A DNA stretch of 64,000 nt from NCBI GenBank assembly GCA_028534125.1, contig CM052832.1, positions 12,960,001 to 13,024,000 on the forward strand. Reading direction: 5' to 3'. Origin of the DNA: Lama glama (lineage: Eukaryota). Below are positions 53,720-64,000 of the stretch, in pieces. The notes beneath the pieces were generated by a model, which saw nothing but the letters and a program-made list of their open reading frames with translations, was not told the origin of the DNA and made no database searches. Position 1 is the first letter of the stretch. Every line of letters begins with the position of its first letter. The translations under genes were made by a program, and so were the position numbers.

Positions 53720-54085
53720 TTTTTCGAGCACTTACTATGTGCTAAGTTCTGGGATACAGAGATGAATAAACCAGCTCTGAGAGGCAGCCAGGGGCTAGAT
53801 CACAAAAGGCCTGATGGACTGTAGGAGGGAGCCATCAGATGGACTTCTATCCATGACACCACCAGAATGTTGGGACCAGGACCCCTGCACTGAGGTTTCA
53901 AATGGAGAACTCCTTTGGCCGCTGTTTGGGGTATGACCACCAGGGGGCGAGTGTAGGAGCAGGGAGAGCAGCTCTTGAAATCAATCACTTGAGAGAGGGG
54001 GTGGTGGCTTGGACCCGAAGCGTGAGAAGTGTGAGGGGCTCCATTTGGAGTGTATCCTGAAGGCAGAAGCAACTAGACTTGCTGC
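53720..54085 (-). mobile_element. L2 fragment
   Basis: gagcacttactatgtgctaagttctgggataca...gggagccatcaga...ggtggtggcttggacc...gaaggcagaagcaactagacttgctg. Confidence 0.65.
53934..53952 (+). promoter_or_regulatory. CTCF motif (inside L2 remnant)
   Basis: TGACCACCAGGGGGCGAGT; core CCACCAGGGGGCG is the top consensus. Confidence 0.6.
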
Positions 54086-54566
54086 CGGAACAGATTACCC
54101 CAGGAATGTAGCTACATAAAGGGCACAGCTAGTAGTAACTCCCAGCTATTGAATTCCTGCCCTGGATCAGGAGCTTTCCCTGCATTATCTCATTTGGTTT
54201 TCCACACCATGCCCTCAAGGGGGCATTGTACAGTCTACTTATGACAAATAAATGGAGGCTCAGAGAGGTTGAGTAATGTGCCCAATGTCCCAGAGGAAGC
54301 CCACAACAGAGCTGGGAGTTGAGCTTTTCAACTGTCGTGGGTGCCCCTCCCATCACACCAGCCGCCCCTTGGACTTTGGAAGGTAGGTGCATAATAGGTG
54401 CTTAAATGCTCATGTCTGTAAAATATTTACAAGTACAGGCTCTTATTTCTTCGCATTCATAAATTCCTCCAGCTTCCCTGAGGTATAATTAACAAATGAA
54501 AACTGTATAGATTAAAAATGTCAACATGATATTTTTGGTACATTCATAAACTTAAAAAAAGTTGTA

Positions 54567-55300
54567 AGCACTACACACCCACCAGATTGGCTAAAATTAA
54601 AAACAAACAAAAACAAAAACAAAATCCCTGACCGTGCCAAGTGGTGGCAAAAATGTGAGCACTGGGAATTGGCACCACTGATGGTGGGAATGCAAAATGT
54701 ACAGCCACCCGGGAAGACAGCTTGGCAGTTTCTGAGAGAGTTAATCATACGCTTACCGTGTGAGCCAGTGATCCAGCTGTAGGTATTTACCCTAGAGAAG
54801 TGAAAATATCCTCACACAAAAACCTGAACATGAATGTTTATGGTTCATAGCAGCATTACTCATAATTGCCCCAAACTGAAAATAATCCAAAGGTTCTTCA
54901 GCTGGTGAAGGGTAAACAAACTGTGGTATACCCACACAGGGGACACTACTCGGCAGGGGAAGGGAACAAAGTACTGGCTTATGAACATCACGAATGAGTC
55001 TCAAACACACGAGGCTGAGTAAAAGCAGCCGGACTCCAAGTCTCCATACTGTACGATGCCATATACATGACATTCTAGAAAAGACAAAACTATAGGTCAG
55101 AGAACAGAGTAGTGGTCGCCTGGGGCCGGGGGACGAGGGGACGAGGGGACCACAAAGGGGCAGCACAGGGAAACTTCTGAGGCGACAGAGCTTCTATGTT
55201 TTCACTGTGGTGGTGGTTACATAACTGTACCTTTTGCCAAAACTCACAGAACTATTCTATAAAGGGTGGATTTGACCATATGTAAACTATCTCAATAAAT
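54567..55300 (+). mobile_element. Old L1 3' region
   Basis: cactacacacccaccagattggctaaaat...ggtatttaccctagagaagtgaaaa...gttcatagcagcattactcataattgcccc...ctatctcaataaa. Confidence 0.88.
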
Positions 55301-57264
55301 CCTAACTCATTTAGTGCCACTGTAAGGCCACTTCCCATACGCCCCACTCAGACTAACCACCCCTGGGAACTCTTGGGGAACAGGGCCAGGGCTCCTGAGT
55401 TCAAGAAATGGTCCTGCTCTGAGGGACCTGTGCATCACTGGTGAGCTTTAAAATGCTGATGTCACAGCTGGGGTTCTAATTTAATGGCCTTGGGGTGCGG
55501 CCTGGGCATTAAGTTTTTCAAAAGCTTCCCAGGTGACTCAAATGGCCTAGACACTGAGCTCCCTAAGAGCAGGGACTATGATTTATTCAACTTTGTATTC
55601 CCAGATACTCCATGTGTGCCCTACAGCACACGGAGGCAGATGGCACAATATGAAACTGAAGGACTGTAATAATCACATGTGGCCACCACTGTTCTGAGTG
55701 CTGGACACAGAGTCATTCAGTTGACCCCTCCACCCCCAGTCCCCAGGGAGGTAGGACCATGATTAACCCCCTTAACAGGTGAGAAGACCCTGGCCCACAG
55801 TAATGAAGTCTCACTCAAGACTACATAGCCAGTAAGTGGCAGAGCTGTGTGGTGGCCTGGATCCACTAATTGCTAAGAGATACTGCCCCCCAGTGCTGTC
55901 AAGGGGCAGACTTTGGAATCAGATGAGCTAGAATTTGAGTCTAGGCTCATTACTTAGAGGCTAGGTGACCACGGACAAGTTATTTAGCCTTGCTTGGTTT
56001 CACCTTCCTCATCTGTAAAATGCAGACACTTGAACTGATGCCAAAAGACTGTTACTGAATGAATGAGATGACGTATGCTGAGTGCTCCCTGTGTGGTAAA
56101 TACTCAATAGTGCTGGCAAGGATGAACGTGGGAAGAAATGAATGAATGAATGAGTGAATGCCATTCCCAGAGCGCCAGGGCCAACTCCTTGTGCCTGGCC
56201 TGCAGAAGGGAGATTTCCAAGGAGGGAAGGCAGGGAGAGGCAAGGTCTTCTGCTGAGTTGGGGTCCACTAGGCAGGCCTTCCAAAGGTGCCCCACCCTGG
56301 CATCTGTCAGCCTTCTCTCCTGCCCCTGAGCTCCCCTTCCAGGGTCGGGGCATGTGGGCACCAGAGCCACCAGACTGTTAGGGGAGCTTCCAGCCTTTTA
56401 GAAGTAAGGACCTTCAGTAGTGAAAATCTGAAGCCCTTAGGGTCTTCACTGCCTGATGGAGCTGGACCCTGGGACAAATAGGGTCACTGGGTGAGTGAAT
56501 CCAGGGTGAGGTGCAGCCAGGGAAGGTCAGGGACATCCCCAGGTGGCACAGACCCCTTTGAGCTCCCAGAAGAGCCTTGAGGACAGCACTCTCTCAGTGG
56601 CTTTCTGGTTGGACCCTGAGTTCTGTCAGGTCTAGGCTCTGCTCCTCCCCCTGGTCATTGCACATTTCCACATCTTCATACTCATTTGTGGAATAAGGGA
56701 CTCTATTCTGGCTGGGTGCTTCTAGGCTGCACTTCCTAGTGGCCACTGGAGCATACCACCTCGGCTCTGGCACTGATATCTAGTGACCCCATGTGGTGGC
56801 AGGTCAGGTCCCTGGGAAGGAGGGCAGGGCAGGTGAGTCTTCCTTTGGTTCTTCCTTTATTTTTCCCTTAACACGGGAAAGGTACTTTTGGTGTTGTGAT
56901 TATAGAATACATCATATGGACAAAAAATTTCAAATACCACAGAAGCAGCTAAAGAAGAAAGAAAAACAGCCACATGTAAAGTGTGTTCTGTACCCCTCTA
57001 AATGGTGCAGATCTAAAATATCTTCATCCAAGCAGGAACAAACATTCTACAGCCCAGTGGTTTGAAATGCTGCCCCTTCTACCCCATGTTATGTGACCAC
57101 AGGCGAGGTCCTTCACCATTAACGCCTCAGTTTCCTCATCTGTAAGATGAGGATTTGGATATAGTGTCTACTTCTAATGTTATCAAGAATTAAATGCAAT
57201 AATCTCCACCAAGGCCTAAATTCAGTGCTTGACACACAGTATTTAAAAATGCTAGCTCCTTCCA

Positions 57265-57682
57265 CCTCCTAATTCCCCAAATCTGTGAATGTGCTACCTC
57301 GCATGGCAAAATGGACTTTGCAGATGTGATTAAGGTCAAGGGCCTGGAACTGGAGCCATTGCCCTGGATTATCCAAGGTGGGTCCAATCCAACTCCATGG
57401 TCCTTTAAAGGGAAGATGTGACAATGAAAGGAAGGTCAGGGAGGAGCAATGTTGCTTCCATTTGAAGATGAAAGAAGACCATGAACCAAGGAAATGGCCT
57501 CCAGACAGTGGGAAAAGGCAAGGAAACAGATTCTCCCTAGAGCCTCCAGAAAGGAACACAACCCTACTGACATCTTCATTTTAGCCCAGTGTGACCTTTG
57601 AAGCTGTACAATAAGAAATGTATGCTGTTTTAAAAATACTACATTTGTGATACCTTTTTGTAGCAGCAACAGATAACTATAC
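57265..57682 (+). mobile_element. MaLR MLT1D-like solo LTR
   Basis: ggactttgcagatgtgattaagg...aaggcaaggaaacagattctccctagagcctccagaaaggaacaca...gcagcaacagataactataca. Confidence 0.87.
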
Positions 57683-57689
57683 ACAAATA

Positions 57690-58495
57690 AACAAATAAAA
57701 ATCAACAGTATGTTCATCACCAAATATCCTATTATAAAATATAAATGTTTAAGTTCCTATTTACAATAAGAATGAGGTCCTTAGAAATAAACCTAAAAAA
57801 GACAAAAGAGAACAGAACTAAATATCATCAAAGGATATAAAACAAGACTGAAATAAATGAGAAGACATATCATGGACATAAATTAGAACACTATGTCATA
57901 AATATGTCACATCTGCCAAAAGTAATCTATAAATTCAATGTAACTATGATACCAACAGGACTTTTTATGAAACTTTACATTTATCTTTAAATTCAAATGA
58001 AAGAGAAAATGGACAAGGATAGTCAAGAGAATGTTGACGAAAATAAACACTGGGAGATGTGCCCTCCCAGATATCAAGGCTATTATAAAAGAATATTAGA
58101 CAACAAATTCTTCTTATAGGGAAAATAAAAGATCAATGGAACGGAATGAAAATAAAACAATACATATAGAATATTTCCACTGATACAAAATTTAAAGAAA
58201 GGTAAAGCTAAAGAATATATTGTGTAAGGATACAAATACATGTAGAAAAACACAAAGAAAACCACAGGACCCCTTACCATAAAAATTGAGAGGAAGGCAC
58301 GAAGGGGATAAGATCTGGGGGTGGCATGCAGAAATGCTCTAAGATATTGTTAATGTTCTGTGTTGTAACACAGCTGATGGTTTATTATTTTGCTTTATCA
58401 TATTATAATCCTTAATTTTGTGTGTATGTCTCCCTTTTCTGTGTGTATGGCAAATTTCACAATAAAAATATTTTAATAACAGTAGAGAAAAAAAA
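57690..58495 (+). mobile_element. Old L1 ORF2/3' fragments
   Basis: A-rich; aatctataaattcaatg, ccagatatcaaggctattataaa, gatcaatggaacggaat L1 motifs. Confidence 0.7.
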
Positions 58496-58804
58496 AGTTA
58501 GCTCCTTCTGTAGGCATTGCTCACTTAACACCTCACAGGCATCTTCCCAGGTCAGCACACTAAGACCTAAGCCTTTCCGTTGAACAGCCGCACAGCTCTC
58601 CACTTTGTGTGTGCAGCAGGTTGCCATGAGTTCCCTCTTGAGGGGCACCAGTTTATTTGCTGAGTCTCCTTTGGATGGATGTTTACAATTTGTAGGACTA
58701 GTGTCCAATTTGGGGGACTATTGTAAACAATGTGCATGAGTCTTGTCACACTGATCTGTCTCCTCGGGGTAAATTCTCAGAATTATAACTGCAGGTCAAA
58801 AGGG

Positions 58805-58892
58805 TTAGAATGGTGGGGTGTGTGCAGTTAGAATGTCAGGGTGCCAATGCTTAGAATTTTGGCGTGTGCACGATTAAAATGTTAGGGTGCAA
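58805..58892. repeat. Degenerate 23-bp minisatellite, about 4 units
   Basis: tta(g/a)aat starts at 58805, 58828, 58851 and 58874. Confidence 0.8.
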
Positions 58893-58899
58893 GGGGCTC

Positions 58900-60105
58900 A
58901 GTCCTTGGACCCCTTCTTTTTCCTGTTTCACATGCACTTTAAACCCCACGTCTGGAAGACAGCTCCCACATTTACACCCCCAGCCCAGACCTGGTGCCTG
59001 AGCTCAGATACCTACCCACTGGCCACGACCTTGAGTGGGCACCTCAGCTCTAACCTGTCTATGACAGAGCCCCTGGCAGATTGCTGCTCCCCAGTCTGCT
59101 CCTTCCACAGTCTCTTCATCTCAGTTAGTGGCAGCTCCATCCCCCACGTTCTCAGGTCGGAGGCCTTAGAGTCACCTTTCGATCCCTCCTTTTCTCCTGC
59201 CATGTTCACTGTGTAAGGGAGTCTCTTCCACTTTACCTTCAAAGTAAATCCAGAATCCAATCCCTCCCCACCAGCCCTGATGTAAGCCACCTCCCCTCTC
59301 ACTTGGATTGTTGTGACAGCCTCTAAACTGCTTCTACCCTCATAGCTTTTAGTCTATTTCAATAAGCACAAGAATAGGGTCTGCTAAAACAAATCAGACC
59401 CCCAGTGACTCCCTATCTCATTCAGCCTGCCTCCCCCAACCCCTGCCCTTAGTTTACTGATGATTTGATGTCTTCCCTTCTGACCTTCCTGCCCACTCTG
59501 CTCCAGCCGCACTGACCTCCTCACTGTCCTTTGCATGCACAGAGGCAAGCTCCCACCTCAGAACCTTTGCACTTGCTGTTCCCACCAACTGGAATGCTCT
59601 TCAACTAGATAACTGTGTTTTCCTCCCTTCCTTCTTTCCTTGAGGTTGTTTTTCAAACACTGACTTCTTGGTGAGGTCTTCCTTGATTTTCCTTTAAAAA
59701 CTGACACACACACACACACACACCCTTCTTTCCCCCTCTGCTCCCTTTCTTGCTTTTCTTTTGCTGGAGTGACCAACCATTCTGGTTTGCCTGGAACTAA
59801 GGGGTTTGATTTGTCACTCTATTAAAGCACTTATGACATCTGATATGCTCTACATTTTATGTAATTATTTTGTTGAATAAGAATATAAACTCTATCATGG
59901 AGGGAATAGCTCAGTGGTACAGTGTGTGCTTAGCATGCATGAGGTCCTGGGTTCAATTTCCAGTACCTCCATTAAAAAAAAAAAAAGACTATAAACTCCA
60001 CAAAGGCAGAAATTTGTCTGTCTCCGTAATGGCTCTGTCCCCAGCACAGGACGTGCACTTGACTCACAGAAGGTGCTTAACAAATACCTGCTGAACGAAG
60101 GGATG
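58900..60105 (+). mobile_element. L2 fragments (contain a SINE and a short CA repeat at ~59705-59722)
   Basis: ctttgcacttgctgttcccaccaactggaatgctct; terminus gtgcttaacaaatacctgctgaacgaaggatgaa. Confidence 0.72.
59899..59986 (+). mobile_element. tRNA-Ala(AGC)-derived SINE (vic-1-like) inserted in an L2 tail
   Basis: GGAGGGAATAGCTCAGTGGTACAGTGTGTGCTTAGCATGCATGAGGTCCTGGGTTCAATTTCCAGTACCTCCA plus A13; TSD tataaactc at 59884-59892 and 59990-59998. Confidence 0.88.
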
Positions 60106-60365
60106 AACTTACGGCCAGGCCAGCCTGGTCCCCAGACAGACTGTGCCAACTAGGTTTTCTTAAGCTTTTTAAAATACCCTACAGAAGGGAGGTGGCCTCA
60201 GGTTAGGGGTGGGAGAGCAAACAGTGTGAGTCTGGAAAAGGGCAAAGATCTATGAATTGTCTGTTTCTTTTTCAAGGGCAGAGCCCAGCAGCAGCTGAGC
60301 CTGATGGAAGCAGGTTAGGGTGTCACAGCCCAGGCTGGGGCCCCTGCATGTGGCCTGCTGGTCAC

Positions 60366-60383
60366 TGTCACCCCCTAGTGGTC
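60366..60383 (-). promoter_or_regulatory. CTCF-like motif just downstream of FGD2
   Basis: Reverse complement GACCACTAGGGGGTGACA. Confidence 0.45.
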
Positions 60384-60804
60384 TCCTATGAAAAAGCAGC
60401 CTCGTTCACCAGCCAAAGGGCCAGAGGTGCTCCTGCCCTACTCTCCTGCCCCCACCTTTTCCCTCTTGTCTTCCCCCCTTTTCTTCACTCTTTCGCCTCC
60501 TTTTCTGCTTGGCCTATTGCTCTGCTACCTGATAAACAGAGCTTTGATCTTAGTGCACCAGGTTAAAACCTCACTCTGGCATCCACCAGCTATGTAACCT
60601 TGAGCCAATGACTAAACCTCTCGAAAACTCAGTGTCCTCATTTGGAAAATGGGGATTACAAGTTCTCAGGGTAAAACAAGATAGTCCCCATAAAACATCT
60701 AGAACAGTGCATGCCCCAGTAAATGTTTGATATTTATTATTACTGTTACTACTCTCGTGCTTGGCACTTGGTAGTTTGCCTGCTTTCTGCTTCATCTAGG
60801 GAAT

Positions 60805-61013
60805 CCAGGCTGCACATCAGACTCATGTGGGTATCCCTAAAACATATCCATGCCTCTCTGTCCCAGAACAGTCAAATCAGAAATCTTCGGTGATAGACAC
60901 AGGCATTGGTTTTTTTTTTTTTAATTTTTAGCTTATTTTTGTATTTATCTTTTCATTGGTATTTTTTAAAGCTCCCCAGGTGATACAAATGCGCAGCCCA
61001 AGCTGAGAACCAC
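60805..61013. mobile_element. MER5A-like MITE in FGD2 3' region with T-rich insertion
   Basis: ggctgcacatcagactca...aaatcagaaatct...aaagctccccaggtgat...gctgagaaccac. Confidence 0.7.
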
Positions 61014-61016
61014 GCT

Positions 61017-61115
61017 GGTGACCACCAGTCCTGGGTTACATGGGACTTTCTCAGTTCTAGCACTGAAAGTCCCATGTCCCAGGAAGCCCCTCAGCCCTGG
61101 GCAAACTAGGATACT
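61017..61115. mobile_element. MER94-like hAT-Blackjack MITE
   Basis: ggtgaccaccagtcctggg...gggactttc...gcactgaaagtccc...gggcaaactaggat. Confidence 0.7.
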
Positions 61116-61296
61116 TCATTACCCCTTCCCCAAAGGAATGGACCCAGGTTTTCTGATTCCCAAATCAGGACACACAGTGTGAGCACAGACAACTAGAAAT
61201 CGATTATTTGAAAGCTCAGCTTGGAGTGGTGGGTCAGCTGCAGAGTCACCCCATGGCAAGAGCTGGGCTCTGAGGGGGACAGTGGCCAGCTGTGGT

Positions 61297-61512
61297 TCAG
61301 TCAGACAGGTCCCCGTCGTTGGGCCCCCTGGGGCTCCAGCCACTGGCTGCCCGCTCCATGGCTTTCACCCAGCGGCCCCTTAGCTCCTCGGTTTCAGCCT
61401 TGAAGGTGTAGAGCTGGCCTGACTGTTGCAGCTGGAAGACCCTGGGGTCTGCCTGGGATCCTGTGGTCACCTGGTAGCCCAGCAGGGGGATGGAGGTGTG
61501 AGCCCGCATGTC
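61297..61512 (-). CDS. FGD2: FGD2 last coding exon (end of PH domain, stop TGA)
   Basis: DMRAHTSIPLLGYQV...YTFKAETEELRGRWVKAMERAASGWSPRGPNDGDLSD*. Polypyrimidine acceptor tctctcctcccctcccag|GAC; 216 nt including stop. Confidence 0.96.
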   Translation of the reverse strand, partial: DMRAHTSIPLLGYQVTTGSQADPRVFQLQQSGQLYTFKAETEELRGRWVKAMERAASGWSPRGPNDGDLSD

Positions 61513-61857
61513 CTGGGAGGGGAGGAGAGAGCCATGGGCCACTGCCCTCCCATTTGGTGCCACACTGCCTCAGACGGCTGATGGGAAGATACTAGCCACA
61601 CACCTGCCTCTCACTCCCAGACACCCATGAAGTAGGGTGGGCTGGCGGGAGGGCATCAAGGAAGAGAACTGTTCTCTGGAGTCTGGGTCCAGTTCTGAAA
61701 GCCACTAACCCTGTGACTCGAGGGAACCAGGTATCCCCTGGGCCTCAGTTTCCTCATCTTGTATATGGGGCCAACAGTATACACCCTCATCCCACCCTCA
61801 ATGCACCCAGGTACTGTGAGAGGGCCAAGGTCTGGAGGTGGTGGGTAGTGGCATTAC

Positions 61858-62004
61858 CTGAGGGGCAGCATAGACATAGAGTACGAGGGGGTCGTCCCGG
61901 GGGATCACACACCAGCCCCGGGGCCCGCTCTTGCCCCACTTGTCCCCGACGAGCTGCAGGAAGCTGCACATTAGGCTCTGCTCGGACCCTGCCGCAGATC
62001 CTTT
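61858..62004 (-). CDS. FGD2: FGD2 penultimate coding exon (start of second PH domain); absent from the supplied ORF track
   Basis: Hand translation KGSAAGSEQSLMCSFLQLVGDKWGKSGPRGWCVIPRDDPLVLYVYAAPQ. Acceptor ttttag|AAA, donor CAG|gtaatg; 147 nt, in frame with both neighbouring exons. Confidence 0.95.
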
Positions 62005-63191
62005 CTAAAACCAGAAAAAGGGACTGTCAGGGAACACATCACCCACTATGTGACAGATGTTGGGCTGGGGGCTCAAAAATCATTATTTCTAATCCTAATA
62101 GCAAGCCTGCAAGGAGGGGTTATTTGTTCCCAAGGTTCAGAAATATCCCATCGTGGACTTGAAGTCACACAGCTGGCCAGTGGCAGAGCGGCGGTCAAAC
62201 CCCAGCCAGCCTGAACTCGAGGCACGTGCTAGGAGGGCTTATCACCTGTGAGTTGCCCCAGGGAGAAGAACTGGAGCTTGAGAAAGGGCAGACCATCCCC
62301 TCTTTCCAGGAGCAAGCTGTGTGGGCTAGTAGTCAGGGAGGACATGGACAGGGGCTGAACCTAGAAGAATGGGGAGGATTGGAAAGCAGGCAGATGTTGG
62401 TGCAAAGGAATCAACTTGAACCTGGGAGCTGAGTTCAGCTGGAATAGCGTGGGGTCTTCTCCCACCCCCAGGGACAATGGGATCAACCTGGCCTTTAATG
62501 AGTGAGGGGCACAGAGGCAGTGGTAACCAGTCCCTGGGCTAGGTAACATTGTATCTGCAGCACAAAGCTGAACACAGCTAATGCCTAGAAGCACCACCAG
62601 CAGCAGGAGCAGCCTGAGAGACTGTGGAGGTGGGGAGTGACTCAGCCCCAAGGGCAGCAGGAGAACATCTGTGGCAGAGATCAGAGAGCTGGCTCCTAAT
62701 TCGCTGTGTGACCTTGGGAGAGTTGCTTCTCTGGGCCTGGGTCTCCATGGGATAGAACCAGCTGGTCCCTGAAGTCCATTCCAGTTAGAATGGAGTCTCC
62801 AGTCTGCCTCTTTCAAGCAGAGGGACCCTTACCTGGAGCCTCAGTTTCCCCATCTGTATAATGGAACATCAGCTCTCTTTCCCTCCTAGGGCTGTTGGGG
62901 CAGGGCACGGGGACATGAACAGGAACAGTCCAGAGAGGCTGTGCAATTATTGGATGGGGACAGAAAGGAGAGGTGGAGAACTTAGATGAAAGCCTGGAGC
63001 CAAAAGTTGCTACCATTTAGTGACAGGCCCAGTTCTATTTTACTGAAGGAGTGGGATCAGAGAGGATGTTTGTGGGCAGAGAGAGAAGGAGGGGGAGTGT
63101 GACCTCAGCAGGCTTATTCTCAGCACTGAGGACAATGCCAGCATGTGGTGGGGCCCCGCACACATTTGCTGGGCAGAGGAATGGCCCTCAC

Positions 63192-63338
63192 CTCCAGGAT
63201 GCCCCGTCTCTTGTCTTCCTTGTCCTCAGGGAGCACGTTTCCAGTGAGGAAGGTATAGCAGTCCAAGCAGACTCGGTTGGGCCTGTTGCTGTCGTATTTG
63301 AGCTCAGCCCGGTAGTCGGAGCACCTGGCACACACCAC
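63192..63338 (-). CDS. FGD2: FGD2 third-to-last coding exon (C-terminal half of FYVE zinc finger plus linker)
   Basis: Translates to VVCARCSDYRAELKYDSNRPNRVCLDCYTFLTGNVLPEDKEDKRRGILE, with FYVE CxxC and RVC motifs. Acceptor cacag|GTG, donor GAG|gtgagg; 147 nt, phase 0. Confidence 0.96.
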
Positions 63339-64000
63339 CTGTGGGAGGATGGGCAGGAGGGGCTTGAGGGCTGAAGTGAGGCAAAGAGTTTCCTGTTTGT
63401 GAGGTGGGGCGGGAGAGCAACCAGGGACCAGAGGAAGAAAAAGCAAGCTTCAGAAGAGGGACAGAGGCAGAGGCCCAGCTGCCTGGAGGCTGCAGTGCAG
63501 GGGGAGAGCTCAGATTCTGGGATCCCCCAGCTGGAGGCTAGAGATCTGGCCCCCACAGCAGGGGTTTCAGCTTCTCTTCCCTTTAGAACACCTTTGGGAG
63601 GACAGCTATTGATCCCGGGGGCTTGCCCTGAGCACAGCCCTCACATCTGAGCACTTCTCTGGGTGCTGGCTCTCCCCTCTGCCACCTCACCTGAATCACA
63701 GTGACTCCACTAGGTGACCAGTGCTGCGGCTATTACCCTTACCTAACAGGGAGGGGGCAGTGACTTGCTGAGGGCCACAAAGCTCACTGGCAGCAATTGG
63801 CCCTCCCTAGACAGAACATGTCTTTAAAGTTCCACAGTTTAGCATTAAGATTCATGCAGATTTTACAGTCCACTCACTCCTAGAGTTGAGCGTGTTCTGA
63901 TGCAAAAATGATGGGCTGGTTGTTTTTGACAGCGAGACTTGCCATGTGTAGTCTGTGGAGTGGGGCTCACTCGCCAGCCCACCATGGAGAAGCCCCCAAG

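Larger units (their letters stand above)
60715..61296 (-). other. FGD2: Probable FGD2 3' UTR (distal end uncertain)
   Basis: Follows the stop codon. Minus-strand AATAAA at 60733-60738 and ATTAAA near 60920-60925 are candidate polyA signals. Confidence 0.5.

Noticed and set aside
58805..58892. CRISPR-like array
   Set aside because: Mammalian DNA, degenerate repeats, related spacers, no cas genes.
59899..59971. Possible functional tRNA-Ala gene
   Set aside because: PolyA tail, TSD, stem mismatches, imperfect B box and two sibling copies indicate a SINE.
63120..63446. Supplied ORFs 63120-63446 and 61297-61563 as standalone genes
   Set aside because: Each contains an FGD2 exon extended into intron; splice sites define the true boundaries.

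Overview
Mammalian genomic DNA, most likely camelid (inferred from three tRNA-Ala-derived SINEs resembling vic-1). The only protein-coding sequence I can support is the 3' end of FGD2 on the minus strand: three exons (63192-63338, 61858-62004, 61297-61512) encoding the C-terminal half of the FYVE finger and the C-terminal PH domain, all with canonical phase-0 GT-AG junctions. The other ~60 kb is repeat-rich intergenic DNA (L1, L2, MIR, MaLR/ERVL LTRs, MER DNA transposons) with one 500-N assembly gap. By human synteny (recalled, not visible here) it would be the FGD2-PIM1 interval. The best leads are regulatory: three near-consensus CTCF motifs, two GC/CpG-rich orphan elements (~10.1-10.7 kb with octamer, CCAAT and G4; ~23.8-24.8 kb with repeated E-boxes and GATA sites), a STAT/BCL6 motif cluster, and a transposon hairpin in the FGD2 3' UTR. 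Several tiny retrotransposition scars have intact target-site duplications. I found no convincing novel gene or system; nearly all supplied ORFs look spurious. Repeat family names and boundaries are by-eye estimates from recalled consensus sequences.
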